Under the pieces are notes generated by a model. That model searched no databases. It was not told the DNA's origin and saw nothing but the letters and a program-made list of their open reading frames with translations. The position numbers and the translations under genes are program-made. This document shows positions 1 through 8,249 of a stretch of DNA of 47,637 nucleotides, piece after piece. Every line of letters begins with the position of its first letter. Position 1 is the first letter of the stretch. Source of the DNA: an uncultured Bdellovibrionales bacterium (GTDB lineage Bacteria > Patescibacteriota > Minisyncoccia > Moranbacterales > UBA11712); assembly GCA_964543275.1 (NCBI GenBank), contig CAZIWW010000002.1, positions 1 through 47,637 of the forward strand, written 5' to 3'.

Positions 1-64
1 GCGATTATCCAGCTTCGGCTAACTTGTAATTTTAACAGGGCGTTTGGTATATGTCAAGCTGCTG

Positions 65-412
65 CTAGATGCCCTTAAATCGGCGAAGTTCTTTATCTTT
101 CCATCCATTTCTGATAAGTTGAATATTTTCCCGCCAGTAATTTGTGAGTACCTCTTTCTCCTTATTTCCATAAATCTTTACAACTTTATATTTGCCGACT
201 GTCTTATAGTCGGCATTTTTAAAACTAGCGATAACAATCTTTGCTACCGCTTCCCAATTTTCATTAATTAGATCTATAGGAACTCCAACTGGATAAATTC
301 GATATTCGTCCTTTGAGAAATTGTAAGACTTCCCTACTTTTAAATTTTTCTCATTTAGGCCTTGTTTGCATTTCAGCTTCAGCGCCCAATTGAATTCCGT
401 TTTAAAACCCAT
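65..412 (-). CDS. hypothetical small soluble protein (115 aa)
   Basis: Complete ATG-to-stop ORF with no TM segment; family not recognised from sequence alone. Confidence 0.5.
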   Translation of the reverse strand: MGFKTEFNWALKLKCKQGLNEKNLKVGKSYNFSKDEYRIYPVGVPIDLINENWEAVAKIVIASFKNADYKTVGKYKVVKIYGNKEKEVLTNYWRENIQLIRNGWKDKELRRFKGI

Positions 413-500
413 AGTAATAGCGGTTGCTAAAATAGTTCAAGTTATAATAAATTTTGCCTTTAAACCGTGTATAACCAGCCCCCGCAATCTGCGTCCTCGC

Positions 501-941
501 TTAAAACATTCTGCTCTGAGCTCGGGTGGCTTCGTCCAGCGCCATATTTGCTAAATGGTCGGCTTCGCGATTTTTGGCGCGTGGAATGTAAAAATATTTT
601 ACGCTTTTAAAACCAATACTTGAGTTCCAAGTAGTAATAAAATTTTTCTGAATATTTTCCTCAATTATCTTATATTTATGGTTTAACTGCTTAACCACTA
701 ATTCGCTGTCCAGGTAACACTCGACATTTACATTTTTAACTTTAGATTTTCCCAAAAGCTGTTTGATTTTTTTCAGCGCGAAAATCAAAGCTTTATATTC
801 GGCTTCGTTGTTAGTGGCGTACCCGATAAATTCACGATAGGTTTTTTTAGACCTATCATCTTCTATTACCGCGCCTATGCCGGCCGGCCCGGGATTGCCT
901 CGGGCGGCACCGTCGGTATGAATTTTTACTAATTTATTCAT
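501..941 (-). CDS. rnhA: ribonuclease HI (type 1 RNase H)
   Basis: 146 aa; HTDGAARGNPGPAGIG, NNEAEYKALI, LDSELVV and NREADHLAN segments fit the acidic catalytic layout of RNase HI-family proteins. Confidence 0.85.
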   Translation of the reverse strand: MNKLVKIHTDGAARGNPGPAGIGAVIEDDRSKKTYREFIGYATNNEAEYKALIFALKKIKQLLGKSKVKNVNVECYLDSELVVKQLNHKYKIIEENIQKNFITTWNSSIGFKSVKYFYIPRAKNREADHLANMALDEATRAQSRMF

Positions 942-1001
942 ACGTTATAAACCTTTATAATTTTAGTTACTTGGATTTTGGAATTGTCTTGGATTTAGAA
1001 T

Positions 1002-2714
1002 TTATCCAGACATCTTAATATCAATTATATTAAGACTTAATTTGTGTCTTCCGTTCCAAGAATTTGATCTTAAATTATAAACCGCGTCAACTTTATTCCC
1101 TACTGCAAATTTAGAAAAATTATTCCCACCCCCAAAGAAAATCCCCTCAAAACTTTTTGGATTTGCTTGATAGGTTTCAAAAACGAACTTAAGGTGTTTT
1201 TGACCGTTGCCGACTGTGTTAACCTCTCTTATCTTTAACCCTCTGGAAAGAAAAACCGGCTCTTCGTTTCCCTCGCCGTATGGCTCGAATTTTCTTATTT
1301 CGGAAAATAAATCCCAGTCTATGTTTTGAGAATCAAGCTCGATATCAATAAAAGTTTTTCTTCCCCAGCTCTCTTCATCGTAACTCTCATCAATAATTTC
1401 AAGCAGACTTGCTTCAAAGGCTTTAAAATTCTCTTTTTTAACTTCCAGTCCCATAGCCTGGGCATGGCCTCCGTATTTGCCAACCAAGTGATCGATTTTT
1501 CTAACCGCCGCAATTATGTTAAAATCATTGATGCTCCTTCCAGATCCTTTAAAAATGCCTTTCTCTTCTCTGAATAAAAATACGGGGCAGTTATAATCTT
1601 CGCAAAGCTTCCCGGCCACAATGCCTACTACTCCAGCCGGCCAATTTTTACCGCTTTTTAAAATCAGCCTATATTCCTTTTCTTTATCTAGAGTTTTTTT
1701 AACTTCCAGATAAATCTCGTTGGTTATTTTTTGTCTTTGGGTATTTTTCTTTTCAACTTCCAGCGCCATTAGCCTGGCTTTAATTCTATCCCCCTCGGTT
1801 AGAAGATTAAGTGTCAGATCGGCGTGATCCATTCTTCCGGCCGCGTTAAGTCTGGGTCCTATTTGAAAAGAAATATTATAGGTGCTGGGAGGATTTTTCT
1901 CGTCGATGTTAATCCGAGCCACCTTTAAAATTTCCTGCAGACCGATTCTCTTTGTTTTTTGGAGAACAATCAACCCAAATTTAGCCAGCGCTCTGTTTTC
2001 GTCCAAAAGCGGCACGCAGTCAGCGATGGTTCCAATAGCCACTATATCCAGAAACCATTTCAACTGCTGAACCTTTTCAGGAATAATCTTTTCGTAAAGA
2101 GCTTGAGCCAGTTTAAAAACCACACCCACTCCAGCCAAGTCCTTAAACGGGTAATTTTGATTCTCAAGTTTGGGATTGATTATAACGCAGTTTTGCGGAA
2201 TTTTTTCGGGAATAGAATGGTGATCAGTCACTATCACTTCAATCCCTTTTTGCCTGGCATATTTTATTTCCTCGCGATTGGATATGCCGCAGTCAACAGT
2301 GATTATAAGATCTGCTCCGTGCTCCAACTTCAAATAATCGATAGCTTGGCAGTTTAATCCGTAACCTTCTTTGTTGCGATCGGGGATGTATAAACCCGCG
2401 GGGGAAACCCCAACTTCCTCTAAAACTTCTTTTAAAAGAGCGGCGGAGGTAGTGCCGTCTGCGTCATAATCGCCATATATAACAATCTTTTCCTGTTTCT
2501 TTTTGGCTTTTACAATTCTTTCTACCGCTTCTCTAACGCCGTTTAAGTCAAGCGGAGAATAAAGCGCCTCATAGGAAGTATTTAAAAAGCTGTCGATCTT
2601 TTCCCGCGTTGAAAGACCTCTTTGTATTAGAAGTTGAAGCGTAGCCGGATTTAGCTTGAGCGTTTTTAACTGCGATGGAATTTTTTGAGAAGGTTTTAAG
2701 ACCCATTTTTTCAT
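1002..2714 (-). CDS. recJ: single-stranded-DNA-specific exonuclease RecJ
   Basis: 570 aa; DHH-family motifs IYGDYDADGTTS, TVDCGIS, VTDHH and DHHA1-type GGHAQAMG. Confidence 0.9.
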   Translation of the reverse strand: MKKWVLKPSQKIPSQLKTLKLNPATLQLLIQRGLSTREKIDSFLNTSYEALYSPLDLNGVREAVERIVKAKKKQEKIVIYGDYDADGTTSAALLKEVLEEVGVSPAGLYIPDRNKEGYGLNCQAIDYLKLEHGADLIITVDCGISNREEIKYARQKGIEVIVTDHHSIPEKIPQNCVIINPKLENQNYPFKDLAGVGVVFKLAQALYEKIIPEKVQQLKWFLDIVAIGTIADCVPLLDENRALAKFGLIVLQKTKRIGLQEILKVARINIDEKNPPSTYNISFQIGPRLNAAGRMDHADLTLNLLTEGDRIKARLMALEVEKKNTQRQKITNEIYLEVKKTLDKEKEYRLILKSGKNWPAGVVGIVAGKLCEDYNCPVFLFREEKGIFKGSGRSINDFNIIAAVRKIDHLVGKYGGHAQAMGLEVKKENFKAFEASLLEIIDESYDEESWGRKTFIDIELDSQNIDWDLFSEIRKFEPYGEGNEEPVFLSRGLKIREVNTVGNGQKHLKFVFETYQANPKSFEGIFFGGGNNFSKFAVGNKVDAVYNLRSNSWNGRHKLSLNIIDIKMSG

Positions 2715-2720
2715 TTTATT

Positions 2721-2742
2721 TTTTAGGGATCCGATCCCTAAA
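2721..2742. repeat. palindromic 22-mer TTTTAGGGATCCGATCCCTAAA occupying most of the RR/recJ spacer
   Basis: TAGGGA-TCCGA-TCCCTA hairpin read directly; the spacer is only 28 nt long. Confidence 0.7.
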
Positions 2743-3312
2743 TTAGAAGCTGTAATCGCACTTTGGACATTTAAGAGTCGCGTCGAGGCCTTTTCCTTCT
2801 TTTTTGGGAATTACTTCTAGCACCATCTTCCCTCCGCAATTAGGACAGTTGAAATTTTTGCTACCTAGCTTTTCAGCTAATCTGGGAGCATCCCAAGCAT
2901 ACGGGTCAAAGCTTAACTTATACGAGTTATTGCTGTGAATTAAATTCTCTATTTTTTCTATTACCTCTATCGGCGTCATTGTCCCTTGAACAATAAAATT
3001 TTCTATACCTGCCTCCTTCGCTTTGCGTCTATCTTCCTCCCGTCCCAAGTGGCTAATTATGGCAATGGGAATACTGCTAGTGTCAACATTATCGCGCAAG
3101 GTAGAGATTAGCTTAAAACCGTCCATTCGAGGCATAACTATGCCGGTCAATATAACATCGGGCATCAGTTTAGTAGCCAAGTCAACACCTTCAATGCCAT
3201 CTTTTGCCGCTATAACCTCAAAGCCCCTTTGCTTGAAAATCTGAACATAAGTTTCCCTAATATCGTCGCTGTCATCGACGATCAAAATTTTATGTTTTGT
3301 GCTATTACCCAT
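2743..3312 (-). CDS. atypical (pseudo-)receiver domain protein with C-terminal zinc ribbon
   Basis: CheY-like N-terminus (ILIVDDSDD ... PDVILTGIVMPRMDG), but the phospho-acceptor Asp position reads Gly and the usual K-P position reads Q-G; C-terminus has CPNCGG...CPKC. Confidence 0.8.
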   Translation of the reverse strand: MGNSTKHKILIVDDSDDIRETYVQIFKQRGFEVIAAKDGIEGVDLATKLMPDVILTGIVMPRMDGFKLISTLRDNVDTSSIPIAIISHLGREEDRRKAKEAGIENFIVQGTMTPIEVIEKIENLIHSNNSYKLSFDPYAWDAPRLAEKLGSKNFNCPNCGGKMVLEVIPKKEGKGLDATLKCPKCDYSF

Positions 3313-3373
3313 AAAATCTAAATGAAGAATTAATAACTTGTGATTGATTATGCTAATATTTCAACCACTTAAA

Positions 3374-4639
3374 TTATTTCATCTTTTCTTTTAAAACCTC
3401 TATTGCCTTATCCAATTGCGGATCTCTATCGTTGTTATAATCATCTTTAGTTAAATCAACCTCGAAGTCGGGACTGATTCCCTTTTCCATTATATACTCT
3501 CCATTAGGAGTAAGCCACTTAGCCACGGTTATGCGAAGGCTTGAGCCGCCGCTTAATCTCTCAAGTTCCTGCACGGAACCCTTGCCGAATGTTTTTTTTC
3601 CAACAAGCTCCGCTCCGATATTATCTCTTAATGCCCCGGCCACAATTTCCGAAGAGCTGGCGCTACCGCCGTTAACCAACACCACTATTGGGACATTCCC
3701 TAGAATGCCTTTCCCTCGAGACTTATGATTTTTTCTACTTCCATCTCCCATTTCCTCCATAACCACAATCTTATCTCGAGAAATAAATTTTGAGGAAACA
3801 TCCACCGCCGCTTCAAGATAGCCTCCTGGATTATTTCTCAAGTCAAGTATGATACCTTTACTCTTTTTGGCAATTATCTTACTAGCGGCTCGATTCATTT
3901 CAGTCGCAGTGTCGTTCCCGAATCTGGATATGCGTATATAGGCAATATTATCGTCCCTAAGTTCCAGCTTTACGCTCTTTACATTAATAGTGTCCCTAAC
4001 TATTTTTATTTCCCTAGGTTGGCTGCCGTCGTCTTCCCGCAGAACAGTAAGGATAACTTCAGATCCTTTAGGACCTCTGATTTTACTTACCGCCTTATCA
4101 ATAGTCATATCGGCGGCTACTAGATCGTCTATTTTTATGATTTTGTCTCCGGCTTTGAGCCCCGCTTGATCAGCTGGAGTTCCCTCCAGCGGAGCGATAA
4201 CTGTCAATATGTCATTTTTTATTCCAATCTCAATTCCCACGCCGGTAAAAGTTCCTTCCATATCCAGAGAAAACTGCTGGTTAGCCTCCGGATCCATAAA
4301 ACCAGAAAATGGATCGCCCAAAGACTTAACCATCCCGGATATAGCTCCGTAAATCATTTCGGTTTTATTCAGTTTGCTTTTGTCAACATATTTGTCGTTG
4401 ACTAAATTCCAGGCTTCCCAAAACAAACTAAAATCTACGTCCTTCGGCTGGTCCTTGTTGTGGCTCTTTACCAACAAATTCTCCAACATCCCAGTCTGAC
4501 TCCTGCGAGATTGCTTATACTCCGCGTAGAAGACTCCAGAAAAAAAACTCAAACACAAAAGCAAGACCACTACAAAAATCGTGAAGTGTCTTTTAAAGCG
4601 GGACGGTTTCGTATTGTAAGTTTCGTCTCTATGTTCCAT
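3374..4639 (-). CDS. ctpA: carboxy-terminal processing protease (peptidase S41) with TM anchor and PDZ domain
   Basis: N-terminal TM helix, PDZ-like GLKAGDKIIKID, S41 Ser context VNGGSASSSEI and Lys context TFGKGSVQ. Confidence 0.9.
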   Translation of the reverse strand: MEHRDETYNTKPSRFKRHFTIFVVVLLLCLSFFSGVFYAEYKQSRRSQTGMLENLLVKSHNKDQPKDVDFSLFWEAWNLVNDKYVDKSKLNKTEMIYGAISGMVKSLGDPFSGFMDPEANQQFSLDMEGTFTGVGIEIGIKNDILTVIAPLEGTPADQAGLKAGDKIIKIDDLVAADMTIDKAVSKIRGPKGSEVILTVLREDDGSQPREIKIVRDTINVKSVKLELRDDNIAYIRISRFGNDTATEMNRAASKIIAKKSKGIILDLRNNPGGYLEAAVDVSSKFISRDKIVVMEEMGDGSRKNHKSRGKGILGNVPIVVLVNGGSASSSEIVAGALRDNIGAELVGKKTFGKGSVQELERLSGGSSLRITVAKWLTPNGEYIMEKGISPDFEVDLTKDDYNNDRDPQLDKAIEVLKEKMK

Positions 4640-4680
4640 TAGTGTTTATTCCAATTGTTCTATCGTTTCGCTTATTCTAA

Positions 4681-4740
4681 GACGCTCTAATTAATTAAAG
4701 CGCTTCCGGCACTTACGACAATTAGAACGCATAGAGCGTC
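4681..4740 (-). other. 60-nt stem-loop in the GT2/ctpA spacer
   Basis: GACGCTCTA (4681-4689) pairs perfectly with TAGAGCGTC (4732-4740); an inner TCTAATT/AATTAGA pairing is possible. Confidence 0.4.
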
Positions 4741-4749
4741 CAAAACAAT

Positions 4750-5562
4750 TCACCTATGCGGATTTGGTTTGCCTAAATACTTCCAAAAATATTTTAAGGC
4801 GCTTTTGATATGCTCTCTGGTGAGTTTATTGAAAAGTATGGACCTTAAAGCGCTCTGACTGGCGCTGCCCTTGCCATGATAATGAAACATTGCGGCGTAT
4901 GGACAATAAACCACCTTAAATCCGTTCTCCCAAAAGCGACGGCTCCAATCAACATCCTCAAAGTACATATAAAAACTCTCATCCATTAGGCCCACTTTCT
5001 TTACTGCTCGGCGCGAGGTCATCATAGCCGAACCCATAATCCAATCCACCTCCATAGGTTTATTATGATCTTGCTTTTTGAGCAAAAACTCGTCTATTCT
5101 TTTTCGAGCAAACCCGAAGTTACCTAAAAAGGTTCGCCTATAGAGAATAATCAGCGGGGTGTAAAACTGGAAACAGGAGTACTGGAGTTTCCCATTGAAG
5201 TTAAGCAACTTAGGACCTATCAAGCCTACCTCCGGATTGCTTCTAAGATAATCAAACAAAACATTCACCGATCTTTTATCTATAATTATATCCGCATTAA
5301 GAATAAGATAATATTTGCCTTTCGCCTCTTTAATTCCTCTATTTACCAGCCTCAAAAATCCAGCGTTCTCTTTAAAGGCAATAAATCTAACCGAGGGGAA
5401 TTCTTCCCTCATCATCATTTCGGTGTCCTCTTCGGTGTCGCTGTCTAGAACAATAATTTCATAGTTCAAGTTAACGACTTTTTTTTTAAGCGATTCCAGG
5501 CAAAGCTTAAGCACCGAAGGATTTTTATAACTGGTAACAATTATGGATAAATCTTTTGTCAT
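4750..5562 (-). CDS. glycosyltransferase family 2 (GT-A)
   Basis: LSIIVTSYKN start, LDSD and NAD acidic motifs, YFEDVDW motif typical of GT2 enzymes. Confidence 0.85.
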   Translation of the reverse strand: MTKDLSIIVTSYKNPSVLKLCLESLKKKVVNLNYEIIVLDSDTEEDTEMMMREEFPSVRFIAFKENAGFLRLVNRGIKEAKGKYYLILNADIIIDKRSVNVLFDYLRSNPEVGLIGPKLLNFNGKLQYSCFQFYTPLIILYRRTFLGNFGFARKRIDEFLLKKQDHNKPMEVDWIMGSAMMTSRRAVKKVGLMDESFYMYFEDVDWSRRFWENGFKVVYCPYAAMFHYHGKGSASQSALRSILFNKLTREHIKSALKYFWKYLGKPNPHR

Positions 5563-5572
5563 TGACCATTAA

Positions 5573-6637
5573 TCACCGTTCATTAAAAATATTTCGGCAA
5601 GCTTCGTGAATTTTGTCGTAGTTTCCGCCAACCGGAAGCAAAATGTAGGTTTCTCCTTTTGGGGTCTCGGCTCTGGAAGAATAAAGCAATCCCTCGTCGG
5701 AAGTGTCAAAGACTTTTTGTTTAACTTGCGGATCGCTTATCTTGCCGGCTAAATCAAAAAAATTTTTCATCTCCGACACATCCATATCCGTTCTAACATC
5801 TTCTCCTAAGACATCTAAGATATTGTTTATTTTACTAAAATCCGTCAGCGTTCCTAAACTTAATAACTTATCTTTGAGGGCTATAAGCACTTCTTGCTGA
5901 CGTCTGGCTCGATCAAAGTCAGAAGAAGTATAACGAGCTCTAACAAAAAAGAGAGCTTTTTGTCCATCAATATGATTCCTGCCGGCCGGCAAGGAAAAAT
6001 CAAGAGCGTTTTCCCCTTTAAACTGTTCCGGCTCCGAGAAAGGCTGATCGAGATAAATATCAATGCCCCCTACTTTGTCAATCAATTCCGTAAATCCTCT
6101 AAAATCAATTCTAACCGCGTAATGAATCGGCAGTCCGGTTACTTCGCCAACAACTTCCTTCATCGCTTCCAATCCAATTCCTTCCCCTTTCTCCTCGGCT
6201 AAAGCGTGAACCGCGTTTATTTTCCTTCGCTCGGAACCGCCCGGAACATTCACATAAAGATCCCGAGGAATAGAAATCAATGCCGCTTTGTTCTCTTCTG
6301 GCTTAATAGCAACTAACATTATTGTATCGGCTAAAAGTCCGCCTCCCGGGATATCATTTCCCCGCATGCCAAGAAGTAAAACATTAATCTGCCCTTCTTT
6401 CTGTCCGGCTAATTCATCGGGACCAACTCCCGGAATTGTATTCCAGAGACTTTTGAAAAATCCGTTTTTGGTCGAGATCTTGCTTAAAGTGGATCCGGTT
6501 TTGTACATAATAAAACCAATTCCTATCAGCATAAGAATAACCAGCACCGAAACAACTTTAAACCATCTCCGGCGATAAAATCTCTTTTTTCCCCTAGGAG
6601 CTATGACTTCATCCTCTTCTCGAGAAAATATTCCCAT
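5573..6637 (-). CDS. LytR-CpsA-Psr (LCP) family glycopolymer ligase
   Basis: N-terminal TM anchor, then LLLGMRG, ADTIMLV, ISIPRDLYV, KINAV and DFDRARRQQ segments characteristic of LCP proteins. Confidence 0.85.
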   Translation of the reverse strand: MGIFSREEDEVIAPRGKKRFYRRRWFKVVSVLVILMLIGIGFIMYKTGSTLSKISTKNGFFKSLWNTIPGVGPDELAGQKEGQINVLLLGMRGNDIPGGGLLADTIMLVAIKPEENKAALISIPRDLYVNVPGGSERRKINAVHALAEEKGEGIGLEAMKEVVGEVTGLPIHYAVRIDFRGFTELIDKVGGIDIYLDQPFSEPEQFKGENALDFSLPAGRNHIDGQKALFFVRARYTSSDFDRARRQQEVLIALKDKLLSLGTLTDFSKINNILDVLGEDVRTDMDVSEMKNFFDLAGKISDPQVKQKVFDTSDEGLLYSSRAETPKGETYILLPVGGNYDKIHEACRNIFNER

Positions 6638-6683
6638 ATATTTTTGTTTGCAAATAAAAATAATGCCCTCCTTTGCTTATGTT

Positions 6684-6712
6684 ACTATAATATAAATTTT
6701 CTAGAACATCAA
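6684..6712 (-). promoter_or_regulatory. candidate sigma-70 promoter for the LCP gene (TTGATG-N17-TATAGT on minus strand)
   Basis: Reverse complement of 6707-6712 is TTGATG and of 6684-6689 is TATAGT, with a 17-nt spacer, about 45 nt upstream of the ATG at 6637; consensus match only. Confidence 0.3.
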
Positions 6713-6899
6713 ATGAAGTCAATAAACAGCGGCTTAGCGGCCAATATCTCTGCTCAATCTTTGTAAATCTTCAGATTGCCAATAGAAATTAGCGGAAGTT
6801 CATAAAAATCAATTTGGACACTAACTAAGGAGCGCGCTTAATTTCCACTTAACTTCGGTGAAGTTTATTTCTATAAATTCCTAAAAGAGTTCTAGACCG

Positions 6900-8054
6900 T
6901 TAAGTTTTACTTACTACGCTCTTATACACCTTCAACGTCCTCTCAGCCGTCTCTCGCCATGAAAATTTTCGCGCCACAGCCTCGCCTTTTTTAATTAGTT
7001 CTAATCTTAATTTATCATCCGTTATAACCCTATACAAAGATTCGGCAAATTTGTCCTTATCTTCCGGATTAACAAACAGCGCGCCGTCGCCTCCAACCTC
7101 CTGAAGCGAAGCTTTATTAGATGAAACCACCGGGATCCCAGCCGCCATAGCCTCAATAATTGGGATGCCGAAGCCCTCATATAAAGACGGAAAAGCAAAA
7201 CACCAAGCCAGCTTGTAAATTACCGGCAAATCTTTTTCCTCAATCCAGCCAGGAAAAATAATTTCGCTCTCTAAATTACATTTATCAATAAGCTTGCTTA
7301 TTCCTGGATCGGTATTGTGAGCACTTCTACTTCCCGCCACAACTAACTTAACATTTTCCATTGAATATTTTTTTTGAAGCGCGCTAAAGGCTTCAATTAA
7401 GGCGGGAATGTTCTTTCTTGGCTGTAAAGTTCCCACATAAAGAATAAATTTTTCCGGCAAGTCGTATTTTTTTCTTACTTCTTCCTTTTTTTCTTCGCTA
7501 AACTCCCGATTAAATTTTTCGTAATCTACTCCGTTATAAACACTGGTTGTCTTGTCAGGAGAAATTTTATAGAAATTTATGATCTCCTCCCGGGAAAATT
7601 TGGAAACCGCAATCACTTTATTAGCTTTTTTGACGCTTCGCGGTATAAAAGCCTTTAAAAAAAATAAATCAGACTTTTTAATATACTGTGGGAAAAAATT
7701 AAAAGAAATATCGTGAATGGTGGTGATTAATTTAATATTTTTTGGCATCCAGAAAGGAGTTATGTACTGGGTGTGAAAAACATCCACCGGACTCTTCCGC
7801 AAGTGCGCGGATAAAACGTAAAAATTCCACCAAAATTTGCCGGCTGGCATAATCTCAATTCTAAAGTTGTAACCAAGCTCCAACTCCTTTATGCGCGATG
7901 ATAACTTATCGTCTTCCTTTGGATCTCGATCAATGTAAAGATGATATTCGTTCTCTTTATCAATAGCCGCCAAATTTTTCACCAAATTGAAAAAATAAGC
8001 CTCGTCGCCGGTGCGGTTCTTGCCAATAACCCGAATGTCAATGCCGATTTTCAT
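6900..8054 (-). CDS. glycosyltransferase family 4 (GT-B)
   Basis: 384 aa; C-terminal FAFPSLYEGFGIPIIEAMAAGIPVV (E-x7-E) motif. Confidence 0.85.
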   Translation of the reverse strand: MKIGIDIRVIGKNRTGDEAYFFNLVKNLAAIDKENEYHLYIDRDPKEDDKLSSRIKELELGYNFRIEIMPAGKFWWNFYVLSAHLRKSPVDVFHTQYITPFWMPKNIKLITTIHDISFNFFPQYIKKSDLFFLKAFIPRSVKKANKVIAVSKFSREEIINFYKISPDKTTSVYNGVDYEKFNREFSEEKKEEVRKKYDLPEKFILYVGTLQPRKNIPALIEAFSALQKKYSMENVKLVVAGSRSAHNTDPGISKLIDKCNLESEIIFPGWIEEKDLPVIYKLAWCFAFPSLYEGFGIPIIEAMAAGIPVVSSNKASLQEVGGDGALFVNPEDKDKFAESLYRVITDDKLRLELIKKGEAVARKFSWRETAERTLKVYKSVVSKT

Positions 8055-8122
8055 ACAACCATTCTACCTCCTTTCAAGTTTTCACACAAATCTAATTTCG
8101 ACCAATTCCAATTAGTTCTAAA

Positions 8123-8160
8123 ACTATTCCAACTATTCCAGCTATTCCAGCTAGTTCCAA
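8123..8160. repeat. degenerate tandem 9-mer array (ACTATTCCA / GCTATTCCA / GCTAGTTCCA)
   Basis: actattcca actattcca gctattcca gctagttccaa read directly; lies in the spacer between the sigma gene stop and the GT4 start. Confidence 0.8.
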
Positions 8161-8166
8161 AACTAT

Positions 8167-8204
8167 TTTGTGCTAATCCTAACATATGTTATATTTAGCA
8201 CAAA
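8167..8204 (-). terminator. candidate intrinsic terminator after the sigma factor gene
   Basis: Perfect 10-bp inverted repeat TTTGTGCTAA (8167-8176) / TTAGCACAAA (8195-8204) with an 18-nt loop; on the minus strand it is followed by ATAGTTTTGG. Confidence 0.35.
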
Positions 8205-8249
8205 TAGCAACACAAATTAAGACAGCACCCCTTTGTTAGCGAGTGCCGC

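Noticed and set aside
1-64. Partial gene at the left window edge and the 104-nt tail at 47534-47637
   Set aside because: Both are too short to assign a frame or a function.
6638-6899. Small protein gene or ncRNA in the 262-nt LCP/GT4 spacer; AAGGAGGG 27 nt upstream of the LCP ATG with in-frame ATT codons
   Set aside because: Only very short ORFs are present, for example ATG AAC TTC CGC TAA. An ATT start for the LCP gene is possible but unsupported. No convincing extended structure was found by eye.
8123-8160. Possible CRISPR array among the tandem repeats (also 23803-23837 and 42058-42085)
   Set aside because: The repeat units are only 7-9 nt and directly abutting, with no spacers of 25-40 nt. 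No cas genes are present in the window.
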